A stretch of DNA of 58,675 bases, the filler included, from Sphacelaria rigidula (taxonomy: Eukaryota), in assembly GCA_964200075.2 (NCBI GenBank). It is 10 parts of 10 records of this genome, joined end to end, with 100 filler letters (N's around TTAATTAATTAA, not from the genome) between each part and the next. Parts side by side here need not be neighbours in the genome. Positions count along the whole stretch, not along the records: positions 29,391 to 35,167 come from CAXNAA020024543.1; positions 35,268 to 41,044 come from CAXNAA020024544.1; positions 41,145 to 46,921 come from CAXNAA020024545.1; 7 more parts are not named here. The stretch is one strand, 5' to 3'. A model generated the notes under the pieces. That model was not told the DNA's origin. It was given only the letters and a program-made list of their open reading frames with translations, and did no database searches. This document shows positions 33,887 through 46,340 of the stretch, piece after piece (within the stretch, counting starts at the first letter, position 1; each line of letters starts with the position of its first letter). Made by a program: the position numbers and the translations under genes.

Positions 33887-35324
33887 GTAAGCTACAGTAC
33901 GATCAGTCGGTAGAACGGTGCAGTATCCTATTGACGGCGGTGTTTTTATACCCTAACTGCGGTGTCTTTTCAGCATCTACGATCGCGCTAGGCGGCGGTG
34001 TATCTCAATCAGCGCGCAGTAGCGTAGATATTAAGTGCGTCGAAGCTGCACGTGTTGTCATAGGGCATCCATCCACGTGTGGCGGCCGTTTGTGGCTGTG
34101 TTATAACTGTTCCGAGAAAGTCGTGACAGATCTTCAATTGGGCTACTCGTGAGGATTTCGAGATTTTCAACGACCGGCCAACACAGGAGCGACAGTGATA
34201 ATAATCAGGACTAAGGACTTAGGTTGCGACACTGCACGAGCGAGAAGATAACCCCTAGAGGGCCCGGATATGGACAGCTCAGTTTGACAAGCATTTTTCA
34301 AGTGGACGTAATCCCTATTCGACAGATCGCAGACCTGCGCGCTCGAAGGTCCGGAGTTTCCCCGCCTCGAGGCGTGCAGATGGATTCATGACACCCACAT
34401 TTGATTTGAAATTGATGCTGGTTCAACAGTCAGTCAAATGCGTTCAGTCCATGTCCCATCGAGACGAATGGAATTCAATTCCAACATCACTTTTACTTGC
34501 GATTGGCCGCGGCGACACCACCTCTTTCAAGGTCAAGGATTAGGCACGAAAGCAGTGCAAAAAAAAAAATCGCGAACGTGATGGGCGAGCTTCTTTGTTT
34601 CAGTTTAGTCCGCAATATATCTTGATTTCAGTATGCGTCCCACACCACCACCTTCCACCCGATTTCGCCGGGACTGTCAGTCTTTCGAACGTGGCGTCGG
34701 GCTCGAAGGGTTGACGGGTGACGGATCAGGGGCTAGGGCGCGTTTCTGAATAACATGACCGGCTGCCCTTCGTCATCGGTAAACCAGGCGCTATAACTCA
34801 ACAGGTTCTCTCCGGTTGCGGCCATCAGCCAGAATGACAGCACGGTGTTGCCTGTGGTTCACAACCTATTCCAGCCAGTGCAGCGTTGTGGCGGATGGTA
34901 CAGTAGCTGTGTTTTGGTCGATCCAGGGTCACTATTTGGCAATGAGGTCTTCATCTGGCCAAGGTTTTATTTCCCCATGACCACGACCTGTAAAGACAGG
35001 AAATAGACCCATTATTCTGTTGTCGGTCAGAGAAATTTGTGTGATTTCAGATTTTTCGGGATATGTCTAATATTTTCAAAAACTATTGTAGCCTGTGGCG
35101 AAATCACGCCGTCACGATTGAGTATATAGTGGATCCTGGATGATGACCAGGGGACAAGGGCATCCTGNNNNNNNNNNNNNNNNNNNNNNNNNNNNNNNNN
35201 NNNNNNNNNNNTTAATTAATTAANNNNNNNNNNNNNNNNNNNNNNNNNNNNNNNNNNNNNNNNNNNNGGGGTGGGGTGGGCGTTCTGATGCGGCGCGGTG
35301 TTGGGGGTGGGGGGTGGTGTGTGG

Positions 35325-35408
35325 GTGGGGGGGGGGGGAGCGTACTCATTTGTTGCTTGCATTAGTCGTTTGACCATTGACCACGCATCCCTTTCGAGAC
35401 GGAGCACT
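35325..35408 (-). mobile_element. C-tailed short retro-element, subfamily A
   Basis: Plus strand: G-run then CGTACTCATTTGTTGCTTGCATTAGTCGTTTGACCATTGACCACGCATCCCTTTCGAGACGGAGCACT. Confidence 0.9.
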
Positions 35409-35745
35409 TAGACGTGTGGGGAAAAAGAAAAGAAAGAGCGCGTGTTAAAATTGTTCCCCTTGCACAATAAGGGGCAATTAGGTAGGTACGAGAGTAATGA
35501 AACGAACCAGGCTCGATGAAGTCACAGTAGAGTATGACTTGTACGAGAAGCTGTCACGTGTATGTGGGTAGAACGCGCGAAGGGTTGAACCCTGAATTGT
35601 ATCCCTTTGATTTTGTGAAAAATATAAAATGTAACATGGGTGTCATATTCTATCGTGATGCGTGCAACCCCCGTCCCTCCGTCCCCCCGTCCCCGCTCTC
35701 CCGTCCTTCCCACGCCCACCGTACGCCCCGACCCAATCGAAAAAG

Positions 35746-36653
35746 GATCTCCCGAGACATCCGTACGTATCATGACGGCAGACTTCACCTCTGTGGACCC
35801 TTCCTCGCTGTTCCCTTCTGGGAGGCATCAAGATTCCCCTCCGAACCAAAATCAAAACGAGAACCAGAATCACGCTGGGAACCACCGAGAACACCTCGAG
35901 AAGCAGAACCAGCCCGAGAACCAGAATCATCACGCTGAGAACCGCAACAACCACTCCGAGAATCAAAAATATTGTCATCACGAGGCCCCGGACGTGATCG
36001 TGGGGTGCTGCCTGGCGGATTTGCTGGCGCCTTCGGCACTTATGCGTGCGTTGCTGTGGCTGCTTTCTGGGACTTGGCCGCGGGGTAGGGTAGACGATGG
36101 CGGCCGCTCGTGCTTGGTTTATCTTCCCATCACCTTTGCGGGACAGACGCGGATGTCTCCTTCGGCTCACCAGGCAAGAGGGCAAATGTTGTTCAGGGTT
36201 GTCATCATTATCCATCACATTTCAGTTGTGTAGAACTAGTTATTATCCACAAAGATGAAAAAGATTGACTGCGCCGGGGAAAAAGCGTTGGCAACAACGC
36301 TGCCGTCTCTGCACAGGCTACACGTCTCTTTTTGACGTACGCCCGGAGGAGATAGAAAACGAACATAGCGCAGGAAGTCTTTCCACATCCCGTCCCGCGC
36401 GGCCCGTCCCCCGGCGAAGTTACACTGAAATTGCTCTGCTATAGTCTTCCTTCATTATATCATCCCGCTGTGTGCATGCGCGTGTGCTTGTGCGCGCGTG
36501 TGTTTATATGTGCGTGTATGTTTGTGGGTTTGTGTGCGTTGTTGCTTCTACCAGGAGGGCTTGATTCCGTCGGATGAGTCTGTTCTGGCGGCCTACGATC
36601 GAGGCCTCAAGGAACAACAGGGGCACCACACGGACACCACCGCTCTTGTTCAG
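35746..36653 (+). CDS. Two internal exons (35746-36173, 36555-36653) of a probable class I SAM-dependent methyltransferase-like domain; GC-AG intron
   Basis: PDVIVGCCLADLL...LVYLPITFAGQTRMSPSAHQ|EGLIPSDESVLAAYDRGLKEQQGHHTD. Donor CAG|gcaag, acceptor ctaccag|, next donor CAG|gtact, all phase 0. Asn/Gln/His-rich insertion upstream. The family call is from recalled motif similarity only. Confidence 0.6.
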
Positions 36654-37879
36654 GTACTCATGATCTTGCATGCCAAAGTCGTACGACCATCGACCTCGCG
36701 CTCTTGTCCTGGTAGGTGGATCAATCAATCGGTTGGTTGACTGACTGACTGGCTGACTGACTGATTGATTTGATTGGTCGATGTCGCACATTAACTGATC
36801 CCTGATTCCCGAGGGACCCAGTCGTGATTTGGTCATTATCCACGATGTAGACGTACCCACCAACGTGCTGTAAGTGAAACGGAAACGGTCACTGAAGAAA
36901 AGGAACAGTGGGAGGGGGGGGGGAGGAACCGAAGATATGGAGCAGACAGACGGGAGAAAGTACGAGGAACCAAAAAAACAAAAACAAAGATGAAACCAAG
37001 CAGGAAGGGAAGGGAAGGGAAAGGAACGGAGACGACCTGAATGAATGGGGGCATATATGTCTTGGAGACGCGCGTGAGGTGGAGATGAGGCGCGGGATGG
37101 GGAGCGGAGGGGGGTGACGAAGTCGGGGTGTTGGAAAGCGTGCAAACTGATGGATTGATTAAGTTGACTGGTGGATGGGATGTGGCATATTACAGTCATG
37201 GGCGCGCCTGACCCCCCCAAACGAGCCCAAAAAGTGTCACCGACGACCAAAAGCACGAACAGACCGGAGATGACGTTCATCCTCTGAATATGCATGCCGC
37301 AAAATCCCTCAAAGTAGTTGTGATTTGAGTAGGGTTTCCATCTCACGCTTCATAAGTTTTCTTGTTCCGGAGGACGAACCACGGCGTGGCTCGGCTACTC
37401 ACCGGCGTGTATTTGTCCTAGCTACAATTGTACAGGTTCGTTTTACCTAGGACGTTACGGTGATCGAGAAAATCGCAAAAAACCTATGCTTTTTTTTCTT
37501 CACATAATTCGTTATAAAACTCGCATTCTGATTGAATAAAAAAATTCAACCAGTGTAATTGTAGCTATCGTCTTGGCGCAGATGATGCAAAAAGTCGTAT
37601 CCCAATCGATGGCCGTGGTGATGAGTATTCTCATAGACAGATTGGGCTGTCATCATAAACACGCACCCCCAACCCTCGCCGGTCTCCACAAAACGCGAAA
37701 CCCTCACCCCTTTGTAACGGCCTCGGAATAGATGACACCCATGAATGACTAGTGATAGTGCAGATGGTTGATACATCGGATATGTGCATGTTGCAGAATT
37801 TGAACCTTCGATCGAGCCCCCAGAAGCAAGAATTATCTTCGCGACCTCGCAGCAGCGGAGAGAAAAAATTATAACGTTG

Positions 37880-38020
37880 GCCCTGACGAAGGCATACCGA
37901 GAACCATCGGGCAAGGCGGGCGCAACGTGTTTCGTAGGCGAAGGGTGCGCTGCCAGGCCTCGAATCGGCGCCCCAGGCGCCGATTTAGACAAGAACGCGT
38001 TCATGAACGCTAGTAGGATG
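37880..38020 (+). repeat. Dispersed repeat shared with ~51222-51355
   Basis: AAGGCATACC...TAGGC.AAG...CCTCGAAT.GGC....GGCGCCGATTT blocks are collinear in two different contigs. Confidence 0.6.
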
Positions 38021-38298
38021 CTAGGAGCACAGCCCCCATGAAAGATCCGGATTTCGGTTTTCACACCAAGATCAACATTGACCGACTCACGCTCCCGAAT
38101 GGGAAAGTATAATGCGCCAAGACGACACAAAGTCGTCTGCCCACTTCGCTGAAGCCACATGGCACCGAAGTCCCAATCATGTCTTTCAGTGTACCCACCC
38201 ATCCTGAGACACGCATCTGTTGTATCGGCAATGTTGGGTGACAGACGACCGTTTGTTTTCATTCCCTCTTGCAAAACAACATCTTTGAAGTCCGATGA

Positions 38299-38403
38299 GA
38301 CCCTAGACCGCGAGGGTAGTCTATCTGGACCATGCATACTTTTTTCAAGTGAAAAATGATGCCGATTCAGCATGTGACCAAACCGTCGCGGTTAAAGAGC
38401 TAA
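38299..38403 (+). mobile_element. piggyBac-like MITE, diverged copy
   Basis: CCCTAGACCGCGAGGGTAGTC...TGATGCCGATTCAGCA...TCGCGGTTAAAGAGCTAA. Confidence 0.7.
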
Positions 38404-39374
38404 TTAATATTAATATCGTATTCATAAAATGAAGAGCCATGCCCACGGAAGAACAAATACACTTTGAAACGCGAGTCATTCGTCCGACAAAGGTCGTGAA
38501 ATCATGGCAACCGATAAATCAAGCTCCTCAAACCATGACGAGGTGGTGGACCAACACCCGCCCAGCCCACATTACACACCCGGTGACTATTTGCCCTCCA
38601 CTCGTCTGTGTTAGGGCCGGCCTCGCTGAAGCTCATTAGTACATATGACTTTGTCGCATGTTGAGCACATCATGTTGACCCAACTTTGATCCGCCCAAAA
38701 ATGGTTCAGCTCCCTGGTTTCACTTACCGGCGTTGGGCTACAAATATTCATGGTTGATATTACTTGATTTGAGTGCGTACAACGAGAATCGGAATTTTAG
38801 TGGGGCTGACGGTCCCGCGTACTCCTCGGGTGCGCACAACGCGTTTTCGTTGAAATCTGCGCCACAGACGCCGATTTGGGGTCTACCAATGCCTCACTTT
38901 TTTTAAGGGAATGTATGTACCGCCCTTGCCCGAGTGTTGTCGGTGTGCGTCGGGTTGGTTCAACCCAATCAGCCTCCTTGCATGCCAGGGTATCGCAAGC
39001 GTGGACGAAAGGTGACGCTGTGGCATGTAATATATGAGGAACAACGGAAATAACGGTAGAGTTCTGGTTTTAGACGGAAGTCCACTTTCTTTCGATATGA
39101 ATTTTGGATCCATGCCGTTCGTTCTCTTCCGATGACGTAATGCGCATTTTACTCCACGAGCCTGGGAAAGCCCCAGAAGTCGGTCTGTTCGTGTCTGTTC
39201 GTGCTTTCGGCCGGTGACACTTTTTGGGCTCATTTTGGGGGGTCAGGCGCGCCCATAACAGTACAGTACCTCGTCCGTTACCAAACCAGCGGGAGTTATG
39301 AGGTTGAAGTGTATTTCCCACGGAGAACGAAGCGGGAATAACTCGATCGCTCGAGGAAACTCGAGAAAATGAAT

Positions 39375-39450
39375 TGGGGGGTGTACCCATGATCTTGCAT
39401 GCTGTCATGAGACCATTGACCTCGCATCCCTACAACGCCAGGGCGGAGCA
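39375..39450 (-). mobile_element. C-tailed short retro-element, subfamily B
   Basis: Minus strand reads TGCTCCGCCCTGGCGTTGTAGGGATGCGAGGTCAATGGTCTCATGACAGCATGCAAGATCATGGGTACACCCCCC. Confidence 0.85.
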
Positions 39451-40199
39451 AGCCGAGGTTTCGCCGGATCAGCCTCGCAATTAATCACCAAGCGCGAAGC
39501 GACGTGATGTATTGGGCGGATTGTAGGGGAGGAGGAGATGGATGAGAGAGAGAGAGAGAGAGAGAGTTGAAAGAACAAAATGGAAGCGAGAACTAACCAT
39601 AGGGGCTTGTATCAATAATACATACATAATGCATAATACATACATACATACATACATACATACATACATCCATACATACATACATGAAGAATTAATCCCA
39701 AGAAGGTACGAACAGAAAATTTTGCAAGTGCGAGCGGTTACATGGAATCGAGGGAGCCTGTTGTGTCCTTGTGCTGGCGTGTTATCGAGAGCTTCCGTCA
39801 ATAGTACATTTGATGATGAATTCAACATGGAAAAAAGAGGGGGAAAACAAGAACGATAGCTGAAGTGACGAGACTTTGTGCAGACAGGAAACAGTAGGGA
39901 GCGATGCTTTTGTGGCTCTGTGCGTTGATGTTTGCAACAACAACAGTCTGCAAACTCTGTCTGGCTCCGCTGCGGTCGGTTGTTTTCTGTCAGCCCCGCG
40001 CCCGCGACAATGCAGGCCTGCGGATAACCTCTCCTTGATGAGTAACATTGTGGGTTGTATGCACACCTGGATAATGACAATTGATCACACGTGCAGTGAA
40101 GAATCTATTGTTCGTTGCAGAAGCCGCAATAGTCGCCGTTACTGCATACAGTACACTTTTTTTTAACAATTTGATCTCTTGCCCAGGGTATGATTGCAT

Positions 40200-40572
40200 G
40201 CGTGTGTGAGTGTGTGATCCCATTTATTCTGGACGCGTAGACCTTCCGGTGTACGTGGTCGTATTTTTGCCGGGGTCACTCAGGAGGAAAAAGGTCACTC
40301 AAGAGCCTTTTTTAAAAAATTTTCTGTCCATCTTCCTTCTGCAAGGCTTGCCTTGTGTACTATCGTGACAAGGGGCCGGCCGGCCGTTTCCCTCGTAGAT
40401 AAGTAATTCAGTCAATTATTCGTTTACTCACGCGATGATCGCATGTCACTATTGAGCACATTGTAAGAAAAAAACCCAGTTCGTGTGACTTCGCCGAGGT
40501 GAGCATAGAACTCACGATCCACCCGTCAGAAGGATTTCGAGGTTTCCAATTGAAATTGCCAGGGCGGCCGGC
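40200..40572 (-). mobile_element. tRNA-derived SINE, diverged full-length copy
   Basis: Collinear with 5879-6229, from the TG-repeat tail (TTTATTCTGG) to CGTCAGAAGG...GAGGTTTCCAATTGAA...GGGCGGCCGGC. Confidence 0.8.
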
Positions 40573-41144
40573 TACCATTGCGTGCATCCTCTGATTAGCC
40601 CTTGGACGTGGGAGACATTTGTTGACGATGTTTTCACCACCTGAAAAATGCCTTTGATCTGGCACAACACAATGAATTAGAACATGACCTCCTGACCACG
40701 TCACGAGAAACGTCCGCACCGTCGTCAGCGGAATAACTACCGTACGTTACGTGGGTGGACTTCCCCCCGCGGCCCGATCAGTCGTCAAGCTGGTCTTGCA
40801 CCCTGTCGGCCGGTGTGGGGCGGAGTAGAATCAGTGCGTTCATGCTCCCGTAGAGTAATTGCTTAGCTTACTGTTTTTGTGGTGGTGGAAATCGTGAGCA
40901 CACAAGGTATTAGATGCAAGTCGACGAGGTGCGGGATGAAGGGCTGATAGCACGATACCCCCCCTTCCCTGTCTCGGTTAGACACCCATGAGGCAGTGTA
41001 ACAGCCATGGCTGTCTCTGGAAGTGGCGATACCACAGAATAAAGNNNNNNNNNNNNNNNNNNNNNNNNNNNNNNNNNNNNNNNNNNNNTTAATTAATTAA
41101 NNNNNNNNNNNNNNNNNNNNNNNNNNNNNNNNNNNNNNNNNNNN

Positions 41145-41252
41145 TAGGAGTAGGAACGGTGCTCCGTCTCGAAAGGGGTGCGTGGTCAATGGTCAAACGA
41201 CTAAGGCAAGCAACACATGAGAACGCCCCCCCTCCCGCCCCGCCCCGCCCCT
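41145..41252 (+). mobile_element. LINE 3' end / subfamily A copy at contig start
   Basis: TAGGAGTAGGAACGGTGCTCCGTCTCGAAAGGGGTGCGTGGTCAATGGTCAAACGACTAAGGCAAGCAACACATGAGAACGCCCCCC. Confidence 0.88.
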
Positions 41253-41599
41253 ACACCCGCCACTCGTGGATATCGTCGCCGTAATTGTTACTCTTCAAGG
41301 GACCAGGGCGTGGGAGGTCATCGCCGAGAAATATTCGGCGAAGTTTTCGCTGTTCGGCTTGCTCCGTTTCGTGCTCGCTGCTGTCTGCGAACTGCGTCTG
41401 CCATTCTCGTAGTCACTGTCGATTTTGGCGAGAATTCGGTGTGTGTGCGGGGGGAGGGGGGGGCGGGGGGATCGCAAACCTATTTCATTGTGACCCGGTC
41501 ACATGCGTCGAACAATAACTCTTGCGAGACTTATGTCGAAACCAATTCCACTTGGTCGGGTAGCTCATAACACACAGAAAGCATAGAGCTCTACGAACG

Positions 41600-42972
41600 T
41601 GTTCGTCGGGTTCGGCGTTGCCAAACGCGGAGAAGAATGCTTAAAATTGTTCCGAAAATGATGGGACGAGCCAATTTTATCCCCGAATTGACTCTTTTCT
41701 CTCTTTGGTGCCGAAAAGTGATGCATTGCAATGCGTAAAGGTTTGTGCCAAAGGACAATATCTTGAACATCCTAGCTTTAGGTGTTCCATTTCCGTTGTC
41801 ACTGTTGATTTCTGGTGACTAGGGGGCATCACTCAACGTGCGTCATAGTACCTTAATCGTAACCCATGAACACCAAATTTTGGAAGATTACTGTCAAAAC
41901 GGTTTTCGTCTAGGACGGCGTTGCCAAACACAGACTTCTTGATGGCCAAATTTGTTCCGAAAAGTAGGGGATAGGCCGTTTTCATCCTCGCCTTATTACT
42001 TTTTTAAAAAAACGAACCGCACTAGTCTCGTACACATTTGTAGCAAAGGAGGAGGTCTGAAACGTCCCAGGTGTTCCAGTTTCGTACTCATTATCGATTT
42101 CTGGTGAAAATTGAGTGATTAGGTGGCACCACTCGACGTGCGTGATGGAGTACCTCGTTCGTAACCGATGAACACCAAACTTTGGGAGATCACTATCAAA
42201 ACGAGTTTCAATGGGTTGAAGAAGAAGAAAAAAGGAAACAACAGTTTTCGTCGAGTAGGGCGTTGCCAAACACCGACTTGATGGCGAAACTTGTTCCGAA
42301 AAACAGGGGATAGGCGATTTTTATTCCTGCATGATTTCTTTTTTCTTGTTGAAAATGGACCGCGCTAATCTCAACAGCATTCATACCAAAGGAGAAGATC
42401 TGAGATGTCTAAAGTCACGAGAAATCAACTGCTGCGTGACGTGTACCGTAATTGAAACGGAGGGTGTTTTGGCCGCATTTTTTACGTCGATGGAGCCATC
42501 CTCCACATCTTCTCCGGCAACTTGTTTTGGTTATTTTTCAATTTTGAAAAGCTTGGGAGATAGAGGACCAATTTTTCTCTCTCTGGATATTCTGGGCATT
42601 GTTCTACGTGTCGTGGTTCCCACGAACCAAAGTTCCTCCGGTCAGGTGCCTTAAGCGTACCTTAATTGGGACATATACCTCTACCTTAATCGTAACCGCT
42701 GAACACCAAACTTTGGGGGGTTACTATCAAAACGTATTTCAATGAGTTGAAGAAGAAAAAAAAGAGAGATATATAGTTTTCATCGAGTACGGCGTTGCCA
42801 AACACCGACTTGATGGCGAAATTTGTTCCGAAAGCCAGGGGATAGTCGATTTTCATCCCCGCATTAAAATTTTCTTTCCTTTCTTTTCTCGAGGACGGAC
42901 CGCACTAATCTCATCAACATTTGTACCAGAGGAGAAGGTGTAAGGCGTCTAAGATCGCGAGAACTCAACTGC
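41600..42972. repeat. Complex diverged tandem repeat (about four units of ~300-530 bp)
   Basis: GGCGTTGCCAAAC...TTGTTCCGAAA...GGGA recurs near 41613, 41917, 42259 and 42791; TCGTAACC..TGAACACCAAA recurs near 41858, 42159 and 42690. Confidence 0.85.
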
Positions 42973-42990
42973 TAACACAGGATTTTACAA

Positions 42991-43396
42991 ATTGGGGATG
43001 GATCTTTTATTGGCGATGAAAGCCCGGAGAATTGAAATATTCGTATCCACATCAAATCTTCGAAGTATGCTTCCTTTTCTTCATTCGCTGGTAGCTATTG
43101 ACAACCACTTCACGCCATACAAATTTGGATTACGATAACCGAAATGTCGGGGTCCTGGGTGAAAAACAGTTTGGCGTCCGATCGGACACCTAAAATCCCT
43201 CAGAATTGGTTTTCCAACTAGGACCCCGACATCTTGTTTATCGAATCCAAATTTGTATGACGCGTAGTAGTTTTCAATAGTAGTTGTCAATAGCTACCAG
43301 CTAGTGAAGAAAGTGACCCGTGTTTCGAAGATTTGGTGTGGACACGAAGATTTTAATTCTCCGGGTTTTCATCCTCATAGAAGATTCATCCCCAAT
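42991..43396. mobile_element. Foldback/MITE element with ~170-bp imperfect inverted arms
   Basis: ATTGGGGATG...CCCGGAGAATT...AAATCTTCGAA...GCTGGTAGCTATTGACAAC...CATACAAATTTGGATT...ATGTCGGGGTCCT is mirrored by AGGACCCCGACAT...AATCCAAATTTGTATG...GTTGTCAATAGCTACCAGC...CATCCCCAAT. Confidence 0.9.
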
Positions 43397-43424
43397 GAAC
43401 AGCCTGGATTTGTTTTTGAGGTTC

Positions 43425-43601
43425 AACATTTGGGTAGGGTTCAACTGACCATCAGAATTTCATTTGTTTTGTAAAAAAGGCTCGAGATTCGCAACCGGTT
43501 TAAACCACGTAACCCAACATTTGGGTTCAACTGACCATCAAAATTTCATTCGTTTTGTCCAATAGGCTCGGCATTCGCAACCGGTTTCGACCATGTAACC
43601 C
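43425..43601. repeat. ~90-bp tandem duplication
   Basis: CAACATTTGGGT..TTCAACTGACCATCA.AATTTCATT...ATTCGCAACCGGTTT...GTAACCC occurs twice. Confidence 0.85.
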
Positions 43602-43747
43602 TAACCGAGAAGTTTCTGCACGGCAGCGCAAGCATGACGATGAGCAGTCCAACAGATAAACCGCCGTCATTGATTGTGCGGCATCTTTTGAGCAGAACCT
43701 GCATCTAAGCGCTACAGAGCACGTAACAAAGCATGCTGAAAACATAC

Positions 43748-45253
43748 TTCTTTGGACCAGTCATGGAGTTTTCGAGCGCCTCTTGTTGAGTATCTAAGAG
43801 AGACTTTATACTGTTGCGCCGGCGACGACCGCCGTCAGCGAAACGATCCAATACGGCGACAGACACCAGCGACCTTTGAAACGCAGCATCAGCCAGCAGT
43901 CTGCTGAGATATACCAGCACACCAAAGTACAGCACCACTACAGTACAGTCGTCTATTAGATAAAATGGATGCCCCACGATAAAGCTGCAGACACACACAC
44001 GACGGGGGTAAGGGTTAGTCCCACGCTTGGGGTTGTTTTACCAGTAGTGCTCATGCGAGGCGCTTCATCCAGCTATCACGCCTTATATAGCCACTTCCGC
44101 CGTGGCTGTGTTGAGAACCGGGTTCGCGGTGAGGCTGTCGAACAATACTACCGTAGCGAAACGCGCTTGCAAAATCTGAGCCGCTTTCAATTTAGAACCC
44201 GCATCAGCTGTAGTTGGAACATCCCTCCTGACGGTCCCAAACGGGGTCTGATCCAGCGGCGGAAAGCGCTGGCACCCTCCCCCCCCAGATAGGATTTGTG
44301 ACAGCTGTGGGGGTATTTGGGGAACGTCGCTCGGAATGAAACATGTAGAATAGTATTCAGGGGTATCGTAGTACATCTTTCCCTGTTCAAAACCAAAACT
44401 TCCTTTCTTGAACGCTTTATACCCGTTACAATGAACGACTGCTTTCCAAGAAAACCATCCGTTATTTCAGGACTTCCCCTGGGGTCTAATCCTAACCCTG
44501 AGGTTGTCACGGATAGATCTTGCCTGTACGAGTCCGATGCAGCAGATGGGTACGCGATGAGCACTGTGTTTAGCATGTAGGTCGATCCTTGGTGAAGGAT
44601 GGGTGGTGTCGTATTCAGCGGTCAGCAATGATGGAGTTCAGTGCAGTTATCGTGAGACGATGTATCAGACTTGCCCTCGGATAGGAATGGTTTCGGTCGT
44701 TCATTTGCTCTCAGAGATCGTTTGGGGTTTGCTTTTCTTCTGGGCGGATAGGGGTCGCAGGCAGTCGCTTATCCCATTGTTTTTAGTGTCTCATCCTCGA
44801 GCAGATAAAGGTGTCAAGACCCGCAGCATAATCACTTTATAGTCTTCTCTACAGGGTCATCATTCACCCTGTAACAGGTGTCCGCTAATATGGTCGACTA
44901 CTACCTGTACCAGGGGTGTGTTGAAATCTTCTGCCATGACACGGAATGACGGCGATTTGGTGGCGTGCTTGGTTTACTCGTAATGACTGAGTCCCAACGG
45001 CACATATTTGGGCACATGAGTTGTATCGTGCGGCGCTATGCAAGGTTTGCAGCGCAAGGCAGACACGCGATTTTGTGGCAGAGGTCCTGCCTCATCCGTG
45101 AGGAAAGCAAAATACAAAAGTTTCTCTCCTACGGGACGATCATCCAGTGCTGTGACGCTTTCTCAATACCTAATATTTCCCACGGCCTGGTCCAGTTCAG
45201 GGACATTTCGGCCTTCAGCACCTTCTCCAGGGAATCTTTTTCTGCACTGGCTC
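43748..45253 (-). CDS. Possible exons of an unidentified gene (45253-45170, 43873-43748, perhaps others between)
   Basis: AG/GT-bounded open segments ASAEKDSLEKVLKAEMSLNWTRPWEIL and SLVSVAVLDRFADGGRRRRNSIKSLLDTQQEALENSMTGPK. The chain was not resolved. Confidence 0.25.
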
Positions 45254-45924
45254 CTTGGCGAACGGGTTTTACATCATACACCCGCACCCATCTACCTACC
45301 TTGCAGATTAGTCGTTTGTGCGTTACCGCACCCAGCGTGGCATTTGGATCAGCTTTTACTACGTTGATTTGATTTTGTTCACGAACTGATTCTTATGCCA
45401 ACCGCTGTCGATAGCTCAAAATATCGTGGTACTCCCCAATATCCTGGTCCAAATTCTGGGGTCCGCCGCCATTTCGGCAATCGAAAACGGTTAGCGGCGG
45501 TAGTTTATTTGGTCAAACGACAGGTGTGAATCCCAATAAGTCTGTTGTTCATTCATGGCGGCTGACAGCATTTGCGCCATCGTACAATTGATTCGTTCTG
45601 CCCACCATCCGTGTTCGGGTGGTACGAAGTCGTGAAAGTTCGGTGGAAACCTGTAGCTTACTTATCACGACAGAAATTTTGCTGGAAACCTGTTGTTCAT
45701 TGTCCGACAGCAGTCTCATTTGGACACCTCACTGTCATGTACGTGTGCACGAAAGTGTTTGCGGCGCACTCCGCGGTGTAGTTGGATTCTGAAGCGGCGC
45801 ACATGACTGCCTGTCTGCTAAATCTACCCGTAATCAACACTATTATACACTTGTCGCCGCTCTCCGTGAATGGTAAGGCACCACAATGATCCCAGGATAC
45901 AATTTTGCCGGGCCTGTTGGGGTG

Positions 45925-46340
45925 TAATACGTTAGAGGATCGCGTGCTTTTGAGGACCGCATCGGAATGTGAACATCCCTATGGTTAGGGTTAGGGTCAG
46001 GGTTAGGGTTAGTGTTGTGGTTGGGATGAGGGGCGTGGCCCAATTTGATTTGGAAAACGTCTCTAATCCGTGAGAGGATCGCGTGCTGAGAGGACCGCGC
46101 CGTAGTCCAAAATACCCCAGGATCGACACGTTTCGAAACCAATCGGGCCAGTCCCTGCAGGGACCACGTCCCTGACCCTAACCCCAACACTAACCCGAAC
46201 CCTGACCTTAACCATAGGGATCTTCAAATGCAGATGCGGTCCTCTAAGCACGCGGTCCTCTCACGCATTACAACGTCGATCGTGAGGTATTTCGAGCCAC
46301 GGTGCGGTCCTCTTAGCACGCTGTCCTCTCACGCATTACA
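45925..46340. repeat. Inverted-repeat element containing telomere-like TTAGGG hexamers and ~27-bp subterminal repeats
   Basis: GGTTAGGGTTAGGGTCAGGGTTAGGGTTAG in the left arm and CCCTGACCCTAACCCC...CCCTGACCTTAACC in the right arm. GAGGATCGCGTGCT..GAGGACCGC occurs twice forward and twice inverted. Confidence 0.8.

Noticed and set aside
36504..38373. Minus-strand ORFs of 280 and 275 aa
   Set aside because: They run through microsatellites, a MITE and dispersed repeats, with no protein-like motifs.
45980..46030. True chromosome end
   Set aside because: Only a few degenerate hexamers, internal to the contig and mirrored in an inverted arm.
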